Assembly (NCBI GenBank): GCA_963727625.1
Contig: CAVSHR010000006.1
Coordinates: forward strand, 192,001-256,000
Source of the DNA: an uncultured delta proteobacterium
GTDB lineage: Bacteria > Desulfobacterota > Binatia > UBA9968
DNA: 64,000 nt
Direction of reading: 5' to 3'
Shown in pieces: positions 37,980 to 46,952 of this stretch (position 1 is its first letter; each line of letters starts with the position of its first letter). The notes below the pieces were generated by a model that was not told where the DNA came from, searched no databases, and saw nothing but the letters and a program-made list of their open reading frames with translations. The translations under genes and the position numbers were made by a program.

Positions 37980-38912
37980 ATGCGCGGAAAACTTCAACGC
38001 GAAGCGAAAAACAAGCGGCCCTTTCGGGTAAAATTCTGGGGCGTGCGGGGAAGCTATCCGACGGTCGATCCCGATACACTCGCGGTCGGCGGAAACACTT
38101 CCTGCGTCGAAGTCGAAGTCGACGGCCGCCGCTTGATCTTCGATGCCGGCACCGGGATCATCCCGCTCGGCAAAGAGCTGTGCGACGGCGCGGTCGCGCC
38201 GCCGACGGCTTATATTTTTTTGAGCCACACCCATATCGATCATGTCATGGGACTGTGTTTTTTCGAGCCGCTGCTGACCCCGAAGGCGCATTCTTTCATA
38301 CTCGGTCCCGGCAATACCCGCGGCGCTCTGACGCGCAGTTTGCGGCACTTGACTCACAGCCATCTGTTTCCGGTTTCGCTCGACGAGCTTAAAGGAAAGA
38401 AAGAAATCTTTTCCCTCGCCGGCGGCGAATCGATTCGCTTCGGCACGACCGCGCGTCGACCGAAAATCGAGTCGGCGAAATCAGCGACTGTCGCCAACGG
38501 CGACGAGCTCGTCATCACCACCTGCAAAAGTCCGGCGCATCCACTCAACGGCGTCATGCTGTATCGGGTTCACTACCGCAACAAGAGTTTCGTCTACGCC
38601 ACCGATATTGAACAGAAGGAGGGCGGCTATCGAGAGATCATCGAGTTCGTCCGCGGCACAGACCTGCTGGTTCACGATGCCCAATATCTTTCTGAAGAAT
38701 ATTCGGGACGCGCTAAACCGCGCAAAGGCTGGGGCCACAGCACCATCGAAATGGCTGCCGAGGTTGCCCGAAAGGCCAAGGTCAAACGGCTCTTGCTGTT
38801 CCACCACGAGCCAACCCACGACGACAAGACCATGAAGAAGATCGAAAAGCAGACAAAACTGCTCTTTCGCTCGACCGAGGTCGCCCATGAAGGTATGGAA
38901 ATCACTCTTTAG
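37980..38912 (+). CDS. MBL-fold metallo-hydrolase (RNase Z / cNMP phosphodiesterase-like)
   Basis: FWGVRGS, GGNTSC, SHTHIDH, HDAQY, WGHS, FHHEP. Confidence 0.88.
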   Translation: MRGKLQREAKNKRPFRVKFWGVRGSYPTVDPDTLAVGGNTSCVEVEVDGRRLIFDAGTGIIPLGKELCDGAVAPPTAYIFLSHTHIDHVMGLCFFEPLLTPKAHSFILGPGNTRGALTRSLRHLTHSHLFPVSLDELKGKKEIFSLAGGESIRFGTTARRPKIESAKSATVANGDELVITTCKSPAHPLNGVMLYRVHYRNKSFVYATDIEQKEGGYREIIEFVRGTDLLVHDAQYLSEEYSGRAKPRKGWGHSTIEMAAEVARKAKVKRLLLFHHEPTHDDKTMKKIEKQTKLLFRSTEVAHEGMEITL

Positions 38913-39948
38913 TCGAACTACAACCGCACCCGATCCGCACAATCAATCGTCCGCTACGGGCCCCAGCCGCCGCCTAGACGGGCGTCTGCTCGCCACATCG
39001 TTCATGGCACTGTTTCTTCTGCAGCCGCTGTGCACCTTCGCCCAGGCGCCGGCCCGCGTGGGGATTTTAGTTCGGGAACTGGGCCGTGCTCAGTTCCAGG
39101 CGATCAAGGGCCTGACGGAGGAACTCAAACGGCTGGGCTATATAAACCGGGAAAATCTCGTTTTGGAAACTCGTAACGTCAAGGGCAGCCGGGCCGCGTT
39201 GCAACCCGCGGCCGCCGAGTTAATCGGCCAAAAGGTCGATCTGATTTTCACCACGGGGACCAGCGCCACCCGCGCGGCCGTGACCGCGACCCGGGAGATT
39301 CCAGTTGTGTTTGTTCACCCAGGCGACCCGGTTGCTTCCGGCTTGTTCAAAAGCGCCGAACTGCGGTCGGCAAACTTGACGGGCGTCGCGGCTTACGCCG
39401 GTGAAACCACCGAAAAGAGATTGGCGCTTTTCAATGAAATCTTTCCTGGGCTCCGAAAGGTCGTGGTCTTCTTTGATGGTAACAATGCCTCTTCGCGCGA
39501 TAAGTACAAGATGGTCGAAAACTTAGCAAAAAAATCTCATCTCGAAGCGGCCGCCTTTGCGGTTAAATCCGCCGACGAGTTGCGTACCACCATCGCTAAC
39601 TTGCACCCTGGAAACGGAATGGGCGTGTTTCAAGTGGCCGATGAGTTGGTTGAGAGCGAAGCGGAGTTTCTTTTTCAAAACGCTCGGGTGAAGAAAATCG
39701 CTACGATGTTCAACGAAGAATCGTGGGCGATTAACGGAGCGCTTGCCGCTTATGGGCCCAATTACTTTGAAATGGGTCGTCAAGCGGGCGGCCTCGCCGC
39801 GAAGATTATCAAAGGGAAGCGCCCGTCCTCCTTGCCGATCGAGCACGCAACCCAATTCGATCTGACGCTCAATTATCGCACCAGTCGATTTATCGGCGTG
39901 CCGCTTCCCAGGAAGCTGATTAAAAAAGCAAACAAAGTCATTCGCTAG
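38887..39948 (+). CDS. SBP paralog 11 (divergent; true start probably downstream)
   Basis: IPVVF..GDPVASGL..NLTGV, ends IKKANKVIR. Confidence 0.85.
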   Translation: MKVWKSLFSRTTTAPDPHNQSSATGPSRRLDGRLLATSFMALFLLQPLCTFAQAPARVGILVRELGRAQFQAIKGLTEELKRLGYINRENLVLETRNVKGSRAALQPAAAELIGQKVDLIFTTGTSATRAAVTATREIPVVFVHPGDPVASGLFKSAELRSANLTGVAAYAGETTEKRLALFNEIFPGLRKVVVFFDGNNASSRDKYKMVENLAKKSHLEAAAFAVKSADELRTTIANLHPGNGMGVFQVADELVESEAEFLFQNARVKKIATMFNEESWAINGALAAYGPNYFEMGRQAGGLAAKIIKGKRPSSLPIEHATQFDLTLNYRTSRFIGVPLPRKLIKKANKVIR

Positions 39949-39951
39949 GCT

Positions 39952-42612
39952 ATGGAAACCCTCGCCGATATCATTCGCAGCATTCCGATATTTTCCGGCG
40001 TTTCGCGCGAAGATATCGCCAAAATCCTGGGCAAAATGGAAGAGGAATCGTTCGGCGCCGGAGAGACGATTTTTTCCCAAGGCGACCAGGGTGACGCATT
40101 TTATTTGATTCAATCCGGTGCGGTGCAAGTCATTCTAGAAAGCGGCGCCGGTAAATCGGATGTCGTCGCTATTCTTGGGCCGCGCGATTGGTTCGGGGAA
40201 ATGGCTTTGCTTTCGGGCGAGCCTCGCTCGGCAACAATTGACACGGTCAAGAAAACCGTTCTTTGGCGGCTCCGACGCGAGGATTGGGACGAATTGATCG
40301 AAAAGCACCCGACTTGGTTGCTGCAATTTTGCGCCACCCTGAGCAAAAGGCTTTCTTACGTTGATCGCCAATACTCGACCGGACGCGAGGCGTTCAACTC
40401 CTTGGCCGAGGAGTTTTACGCGGCGCGCTCGCCCGACGATCAAGCATTTTTTCGCCAAGCGTCCTTGCTGCGCGCCATCGACAGGAAAACTTTGGCCGAG
40501 CTGCTTTCCGTCGCGGCGCCTGCCAATCTCTTAACCGAGCTCGCCGCGAGCCAATTCCCGCTGATCCGTCGTTTGGAACAAGACCGTTACGAGCTGCATA
40601 GTTTTTTTCGCGAATTCCTCCACGAGAAATTGTTCGCCACCGACGGCGCCGAAGCAAAAGAACGGCTCCATCGTCAATTTGCCGACCGGTACGAAGCCAT
40701 TGGCGATTGGCAGGAGGCGGCTCATCATGCCCTGCAAGTTCAGGATTGGTCCAAAGCGAGCAAGCTGCTGACGGCGGCAGATGAGCAATCCCTGGCCGGC
40801 GCGGCGCTATTCGTTAAAAACACTTTGGACGATTTCCCTCAAGAGCAATTCTTGGCCGATCCCCGCCTGGTCAACCTCAAGAGCAACGCTTTGATTCAAC
40901 TGGGCGATAGGGTCGGCGCCTATCGGGCCTATCGCGAAATCCTGGCCCGCAAGACATCCGGCGCGGCGGACAACGACGGCATCGCCGGCTACCGCCGCAT
41001 GGCCGAAACCCTGGCGCAGCGCAAAGAATACGGGCAGGCGATCCATCACCTGCGCAGCGCGCTCAACCTGATCAGCCAGGAAGCGACGGCGTCGGACAGT
41101 TACCAAGAAACTCTCCCGGAAATGACGTGGCCCGGGATGGCCCTCCCGCCGCTATCGGATAGCGGCGGGAGGACGCTGCGAATCGGCCTGCGTTCATGGA
41201 GTCCTTGGCTCCGCTCTTCGTCATTGAGTAAATGGTTCGGCGCGCTTCTGGGACTAGCAGTCGGTGGTTTTCTGTGGTTCGGTCAACCGGATATCGGCTT
41301 GGATCCGTCCGCCACGAAGCTCCTGGGCTTGATTTCTGCAACGCTGACCTTTTGGGTCTTCAGGTCCCTGCCGGACTACGGCGTCGCCTTGGCGTTTGCC
41401 ATGATCATCATTCTCACGCGCTTGGAATCGCCGCAAACGGTGATGGGCGGTTTCGCCAGCACGACCTGGTTTATGACGCTGGGTGTCCTCGGACTTGGCG
41501 CGGCGATTACCGGCTGCGGCCTATTCTATCGCCTCTCGCTGCATCTCGTGCGTCTGTTTCCGTTGAGCTATTACTGGCAAATCGTTGCCACCGGCATCAT
41601 GGGCGTCGTTGTCATGGCGCTGATTCCGCAGCAAACCGCGCGCACGGTGATCACCAGCCAGATGCTGGTCAATCTTTCCGAAAGCCTAGGCTACAAGACA
41701 CCGTCCAGAGCATCCACCGGCCTATTCGTGGCAAGTTTTCTCGGTCTCGGCCAACTAGGATTTTTGTTTTTGACCGGCTCGACGACGAGCTTGATCGCCT
41801 GGGGTCTTTTGCCCGCCGACGTGCGCGCGCAATTTACTTGGGGCTTTTGGTTCCTCGCCGCTTTGCCCCCTACCCTCGTGGTAATCGTTATCATTCTGCT
41901 TTGCACGATCTTGCTCTACCGCCCGGAGTCGCGACCGAAGATTTCCTACACGATGGTGCAAACCCAGCTCAGTATTCTCGGACCCCTGTCTCATAAAGAA
42001 TGGATCAGCTTCGCCGTGCTGATTTTCACGGTGACAGGCTGGCTCACGGCGCCCTATCACGGCGTCGACGGCGCGTGGATTGCGATCATCGCCTTTGCCA
42101 TTCTAGTCAACACCGGTACTCTCGATTGGAACATGATGCGCAAGGGCATCGACTGGGAATTGTTGATTTACATGGGCGTGACTTTAAGCATACCGACGCT
42201 CTTAAGGCAGGCGAAGATCGACCAGTGGCTGGTCGAGGTGATTTCGCCTTTGATTCTGCCGTTCATCAACAGCCCGGCCTGGTTTTTCGTGGTGATCGCG
42301 CTTTTGACTTACGCGCTCAAGCTGATCTTTACGAGTTTTCTCACCGTGGTCACTCTATGCGTCGCATTGTTGCCGTTATCCATCGACGTCGGTATGAGCC
42401 CGTGGATCATCACCATGATTATCTTGATCGCTTCCGAGGTGTGGTTTTTCCCCTATCAGATCGACTGGCATATGCTCGCCTACTCCACCACCGACGGCAA
42501 AGGTTTCTCTTATCCACTTATGTGCCGTATCAATATTTTTTACGCCATCGCGTACTTGACCGCGTTGATCGTCGCGATTCCCTACTGGCGCTACTTGGGT
42601 TTGATCAATTAG
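39952..42612 (+). CDS. cNMP-binding + helical/TPR + DASS (SLC13-like) transporter fusion
   Basis: FGEMALLSGEPRSAT (cNMP); YELHSFFREFL..EAAHHAL; multi-TM C-terminus with GFASTTWF, FLTGS, IDWELL. Confidence 0.8.
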   Translation: METLADIIRSIPIFSGVSREDIAKILGKMEEESFGAGETIFSQGDQGDAFYLIQSGAVQVILESGAGKSDVVAILGPRDWFGEMALLSGEPRSATIDTVKKTVLWRLRREDWDELIEKHPTWLLQFCATLSKRLSYVDRQYSTGREAFNSLAEEFYAARSPDDQAFFRQASLLRAIDRKTLAELLSVAAPANLLTELAASQFPLIRRLEQDRYELHSFFREFLHEKLFATDGAEAKERLHRQFADRYEAIGDWQEAAHHALQVQDWSKASKLLTAADEQSLAGAALFVKNTLDDFPQEQFLADPRLVNLKSNALIQLGDRVGAYRAYREILARKTSGAADNDGIAGYRRMAETLAQRKEYGQAIHHLRSALNLISQEATASDSYQETLPEMTWPGMALPPLSDSGGRTLRIGLRSWSPWLRSSSLSKWFGALLGLAVGGFLWFGQPDIGLDPSATKLLGLISATLTFWVFRSLPDYGVALAFAMIIILTRLESPQTVMGGFASTTWFMTLGVLGLGAAITGCGLFYRLSLHLVRLFPLSYYWQIVATGIMGVVVMALIPQQTARTVITSQMLVNLSESLGYKTPSRASTGLFVASFLGLGQLGFLFLTGSTTSLIAWGLLPADVRAQFTWGFWFLAALPPTLVVIVIILLCTILLYRPESRPKISYTMVQTQLSILGPLSHKEWISFAVLIFTVTGWLTAPYHGVDGAWIAIIAFAILVNTGTLDWNMMRKGIDWELLIYMGVTLSIPTLLRQAKIDQWLVEVISPLILPFINSPAWFFVVIALLTYALKLIFTSFLTVVTLCVALLPLSIDVGMSPWIITMIILIASEVWFFPYQIDWHMLAYSTTDGKGFSYPLMCRINIFYAIAYLTALIVAIPYWRYLGLIN

Positions 42613-42619
42613 CTCGGCC

Positions 42620-43963
42620 ATGAGCCAAACTATTCTCATCGTCGACGACGAACCGCTCAATCTCGATCTCTTGGAACAGGAGCTGTCCGATCTCGGTTAT
42701 CCAGTCGATAAGGCAGACGGCGGCCGCGCGGCTTTGGCGCAACTGGCCGCGAAACCCGCCGATCTCGTTCTACTCGACTACCAGATGCCCGGCTTGAACG
42801 GCATCGAGGTATTAGGCGAGATTAAGAAAAGAGAGCCTGGCCTGCCGGTCATCATCATCACGGCCTACGGCACCATCGAACGCGCCGTCGAAGCGATTAA
42901 AGCCGGCGCGGACGATTTCATCACCAAGCCCTTTGACCCAGAGCATCTTGCGGTCGTCGTCAACAAAGCCCTGGAAAAAGCCCGGCTTCGCTCCGAAGTG
43001 GAATTGCTCACGCGCGAGCTCGCCGGCCGTTATTATCTGGTTGCGGGAAATAGCATCGCGATGGCGGCGGCGCTGGCCGACGCGAAGAAAGCGGCGCGCA
43101 GCACGACTACTGTGTTACTGCTTGGCGAGAGCGGCACCGGCAAAGAGATTTTCGCCCGCTCGATTCACGAATGGAGCGATCGAGCGGCCCGGCCTTTCGT
43201 CGCGATCAACTGCGCCGGACTTTCCAAGGAGTTACTCGAAAGCGAGCTGTTCGGCCACGAACGCGGCGCCTTCACCGGCGCGCACCAGGCGAAGAAAGGC
43301 AAGATGGAAACGGCCGACGGCGGCACGGTCTTTCTCGATGAGGTTGGCGATATCGCGCCCGAGCTGCAAACCAAGCTGCTGCGCTTTCTCCAAGAGCGCG
43401 AATTCGAGCGGGTTGGCGGCATCCAGCCCATCCGCGTCGATATCAAAATCATCGCCGCGACCAACAAGAATCTCGAGGAAACGGTGCAACGCGGTTCGTT
43501 CCGCGAAGACTTGTACCACCGGCTGAACGTCATCGCGATCGCACTGCCGCCGTTGCGCGATCGAAAAGATGACATCCCCGCCTTGGCGGACTATTTTTTG
43601 CGCCGCTTTGCATCGGAGACGAAAAAACCCTTCACCGGCTTGAGTGAAGACGCCTTGGCTCGGTTGTGCGCCTACGCTTGGCCCGGCAATGTGCGGGAAT
43701 TGGCCAACGTCATTGAGCGCGGCGTTGTCTTGGGCGACGGCCCTCGATTTGCCGCTGATCATTTGCCGGCGCGGATGATCGGCACCGCAGCCGCATCGCC
43801 ACCGGAGGCAAGACAATTTCACGACGCTGTGAATAGCCACCGCCGCGCGTTGATCGTCGACGCCCTCGCGCGCGCCCAGGGCAACCGCGCGGCGGCGGCA
43901 AAAACCCTCGGCCTGCACCGTACCCACCTGCTCAAGCTGATGAAGGCGCTCGGGATCACCTGA
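42620..43963 (+). CDS. Sigma54-dependent response regulator (NtrC family)
   Basis: Receiver, GESGTGKE, GAFTGA, FREDLYHRLN, WPGNVREL, Fis-type HTH. Confidence 0.95.
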   Translation: MSQTILIVDDEPLNLDLLEQELSDLGYPVDKADGGRAALAQLAAKPADLVLLDYQMPGLNGIEVLGEIKKREPGLPVIIITAYGTIERAVEAIKAGADDFITKPFDPEHLAVVVNKALEKARLRSEVELLTRELAGRYYLVAGNSIAMAAALADAKKAARSTTTVLLLGESGTGKEIFARSIHEWSDRAARPFVAINCAGLSKELLESELFGHERGAFTGAHQAKKGKMETADGGTVFLDEVGDIAPELQTKLLRFLQEREFERVGGIQPIRVDIKIIAATNKNLEETVQRGSFREDLYHRLNVIAIALPPLRDRKDDIPALADYFLRRFASETKKPFTGLSEDALARLCAYAWPGNVRELANVIERGVVLGDGPRFAADHLPARMIGTAAASPPEARQFHDAVNSHRRALIVDALARAQGNRAAAAKTLGLHRTHLLKLMKALGIT

Positions 43964-44488
43964 TCGCTAAAGCGGATTGGCCAACTGTTCTAGCGCGCTG
44001 CGACCCCACGGCTCTGCCGATTCCCTCCGTCAATCACCCAAGTTATAGCCTTTGGTTGGCGCTTTCGCCGTTAAAATGTTTCACCCTTAAGTCCGATGAA
44101 TCGAGTTCAGCCGCTCAATGACCTATCGGCGATAGTCGGCCGATTGGGTGGGAAAGGAAATTACTTTTGGTCTCGGCGCTCCCCCGCCAGAAAAATCAGC
44201 CGCGCCCGCTAGGTCTAAACCCGGCACCGCAGCGAATTTCGATCTGGCATGGCAAGGATTGAGCCGCGATCGGCGCAGCCTGCGCGATGGCGCGCCGATC
44301 AAAAAACCCCTCGTTAACGCCTATCGAAGCGTGATTTTCTCCCCGCACAGCGGATCTCCCCGAATAAAACAATCTATTGATACCGCGTCGCCTCAATTTG
44401 CCGTTGTTACTTCTCATAACGCCCCTAATCGGTCTCGCCAGCGGTAGACGATTTTCGAAAGAAAAATTTCTAAAATGATATTTTTTTC

Positions 44489-44517
44489 TTGACATACAAC
44501 TCCTTGTGCCTTAATGT
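44489..44517 (+). promoter_or_regulatory. Strong sigma70 promoter
   Basis: TTGACA-N17-TAATGT with an AT-rich UP-like tract. Confidence 0.7.
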
Positions 44518-44633
44518 TCGTATCACCTACAAAATATGGGAGGGTTTTTAGTAACTGTCCGTCTTCGCCTGAGTTATGTTTTTACACCTGTCAACTGAAA
44601 AGCCCACCCTTGGAATCCTAAAAGGAGGTGCTT

Positions 44634-44684
44634 ATGGCTGCTAAGAAAAAAGCCAAGAAGAAAGCCAAAAAGAAAAAGAAGTAA
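44634..44684 (+). CDS. 16-aa Lys-rich peptide MAAKKKAKKKAKKKKK
   Basis: Perfect SD AAAGGAGGTG; own promoter and terminator. Confidence 0.7.
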   Translation: MAAKKKAKKKAKKKKK

Positions 44685-44767
44685 GCATGGAGTTGTGAGG
44701 TTGTGGTAGTGGTGGTTTGAACCCTCCTTACTCTCAGGCGACAAGGTAACCGTTCTGGTTGCCTAAT

Positions 44768-44811
44768 ACACAGAGCCCTCCGACATTACACTCGGGGGGC
44801 CTTGTGTTTTT
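44768..44811 (+). terminator. Rho-independent terminator
   Basis: ACACAGAGCCCTCCGA / TCGGGGGGCCTTGTGT imperfect stem plus T-tract. Confidence 0.7.
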
Positions 44812-44969
44812 AGCCTCGCGTCATTCGAGTTAATCTCAAAATCGCATCTGCAGCATTACGGTGTTCGATAGGCTGGCGTAACTTTCATTAGGAACTTTTT
44901 AAAGTCCTAACACGTTAGCCAAATTGGGAGGGTTGCGTAGCCCTATCCGGTTGGCTACTGTTAAGTCTC

Positions 44970-45533
44970 ATGACGATCCGATTCCTTTACCGCCTCCGGT
45001 ATGTGATTGTGCTTACTGCGAGTCTGTTGACGCTTGATGTTGCGCCGCTGGGGAGTCAGTCGAGAGTCGATTACAAAGCGGTACCGATTCTGCAGCCGAT
45101 GAAGGACCGGTCCCCCACGCCGGATTTTAGTTTGACCACGCCTGAGGAAAAAAAAATTTCACTCAAGGATTTCCGCGGTAAAGTTGTTTTGCTGAATTTC
45201 TGGGCGAGCTGGTGCGTGCCCTGTCGCGAAGAAATGCCGGCAATGGAAAAACTCTATCAGGAGTATAAAGGAAGCAATTTTGTCGTCTTGGCCGTGGCCG
45301 TAAAGGACCGTAAACAAGACGCCGTCGATTTCGTCAAGGAGCTTAAAATTACTTATCCCATTGCGCTCGATCCCGACGCCCAAGTGGGCAATCTGTACGG
45401 CGCTTGGGGATTACCCGCGACCTATTTGATCGGCGCAAAAGGCGAAGGCTTGGCGCGCGGCTGGGGACCGGCGGAGTGGTACAGCCAGGCGGCGCGCAAA
45501 TTGATTAAAGATCTGGTCGACGGCAAACGATGA
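44970..45533 (+). CDS. TlpA/ResA-like thiol-disulfide oxidoreductase
   Basis: [17 protein letters not shown]. Confidence 0.9.
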   Translation: MTIRFLYRLRYVIVLTASLLTLDVAPLGSQSRVDYKAVPILQPMKDRSPTPDFSLTTPEEKKISLKDFRGKVVLLNFWASWCVPCREEMPAMEKLYQEYKGSNFVVLAVAVKDRKQDAVDFVKELKITYPIALDPDAQVGNLYGAWGLPATYLIGAKGEGLARGWGPAEWYSQAARKLIKDLVDGKR

Positions 45534-46267
45534 CGGACATCAACGTTTTTGTCGCCTTTGCCGCGGGCGTTTTTTCGTTTCTCTCGCCCTGTGTTTTGCC
45601 GCTAATTCCCTCCTATCTTTCTTTCGTCTCGGGCGTGTCGCTGGATGAAATGCGCAACGATCAAGCCCGCTCTCGGGTGCGCTGGCGGGTGGTTTTAAAC
45701 TCCATCGCGTTCATCATTGGCTTTTCTCTGGTGTTCGTGTCTCTCGGCGCTTCGGCAAGTTTTCTCGGCGGGCTTTTTTTGGGCTACCGCAACGTCATTC
45801 GCATTTTCGGCGGCGTGTTCATACTGCTCGTCGGCCTCTACCTCGTCGGACTTTTCAAGATCGCGGCGCTCGATCGCTATTTGCAATTTAATTTGAAGGA
45901 TAAGCCGGCCGGCTATTTCGGTTCGATCCTGGTCGGCATAACCTTCGCCGTGGCCTGGACTCCCTGCGTCGGGCCGATCCTCGGAGCCACGCTGGCGCTC
46001 GCCAGTACGGCGGGTGAAGTGGGCCGCGGTACGCTGCTGTTGTCCAGCTACGCGGCAGGGTTGGCGCTGCCGTTTTTCTTGAGCGCCTTGGCAATTAATT
46101 CCTTCTTCCAATTTTCGCAGAAACTGCGCCGCTACGTTCAAGCCATCCACGTCGTCGGTGGTCTGCTCTTGATCATCGTCGGCATTCTTTTGATTACCGA
46201 CTACATGACGCTGCTCAATGCTTACGCCTTGCGCTTTACGCCGCAATGGTTGCTGCAACGGCTTTAA
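45530..46267 (+). CDS. ccdA: Cytochrome c biogenesis protein CcdA
   Basis: SFLSPCVLPLIP, WTPCVGPIL. Confidence 0.92.
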   Translation: MTDINVFVAFAAGVFSFLSPCVLPLIPSYLSFVSGVSLDEMRNDQARSRVRWRVVLNSIAFIIGFSLVFVSLGASASFLGGLFLGYRNVIRIFGGVFILLVGLYLVGLFKIAALDRYLQFNLKDKPAGYFGSILVGITFAVAWTPCVGPILGATLALASTAGEVGRGTLLLSSYAAGLALPFFLSALAINSFFQFSQKLRRYVQAIHVVGGLLLIIVGILLITDYMTLLNAYALRFTPQWLLQRL

Positions 46268-46392
46268 GCACGCCGGTATTTTTCCACTGGTTTGACCCGT
46301 TACAGGCTAAATGTTAATTTTTTGAGACCTTTCTGAAAGACTCGTTGACGTTCCCGAGCAAGCCCAAACGTCAACATCCCGACGGAGCAACG

Positions 46393-46941
46393 ATGGAAGA
46401 GCATATCCGCGAAATTCTCAAAGCCATGGGTGAAGACCCCGATCGCGAAGGCCTGTTAAGAACTCCCCAGCGAGTCGCCCAAGCGCTGTCTTTCTTGACT
46501 CGCGGCTATGACATGGACCCGGCCAAGGTGATCAACGATGCACTTTTCAGCGAAGACTACGAAGAGATGATCGTGCAGAAAGACATCGACTTTTACTCTC
46601 TGTGCGAGCATCACCTGCTGCCGTTTTTCGGCAAGGCTCACGTGGCCTATATCCCGCATCATAAAATTGTCGGCATCTCCAAGCTGGCTCGGCTGGTCGA
46701 CATCTATGCGCGGCGTTTGCAGGTGCAGGAACGGATGACCAATCAGATCGCGACGATCATTATGGAGAAACTCGACGCCCTCGGTGTCGCCGTGGTGATC
46801 GAGGCGGAGCATTTGTGCATGCGCATGCGCGGCGTCGAGAAGCAAAACTCCTACGTTATCACCAGCAGCTTGCTCGGCGCTTTTCGCACGCGCCAGGAGA
46901 CGCGCAATGAATTTATGACGCTGATCCGGCAAAGGATTTAA
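46393..46941 (+). CDS. folE: GTP cyclohydrolase I
   Basis: [34 protein letters not shown]. Confidence 0.96.
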   Translation: MEEHIREILKAMGEDPDREGLLRTPQRVAQALSFLTRGYDMDPAKVINDALFSEDYEEMIVQKDIDFYSLCEHHLLPFFGKAHVAYIPHHKIVGISKLARLVDIYARRLQVQERMTNQIATIIMEKLDALGVAVVIEAEHLCMRMRGVEKQNSYVITSSLLGAFRTRQETRNEFMTLIRQRI

Positions 46942-46952
46942 GCGAGGACTAG

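Noticed and set aside
44520-44811. tmRNA, 6S or RNase P RNA
   Set aside because: No tRNA-like ends or recognisable conserved motifs; kept only as an sORF-containing structured transcript.
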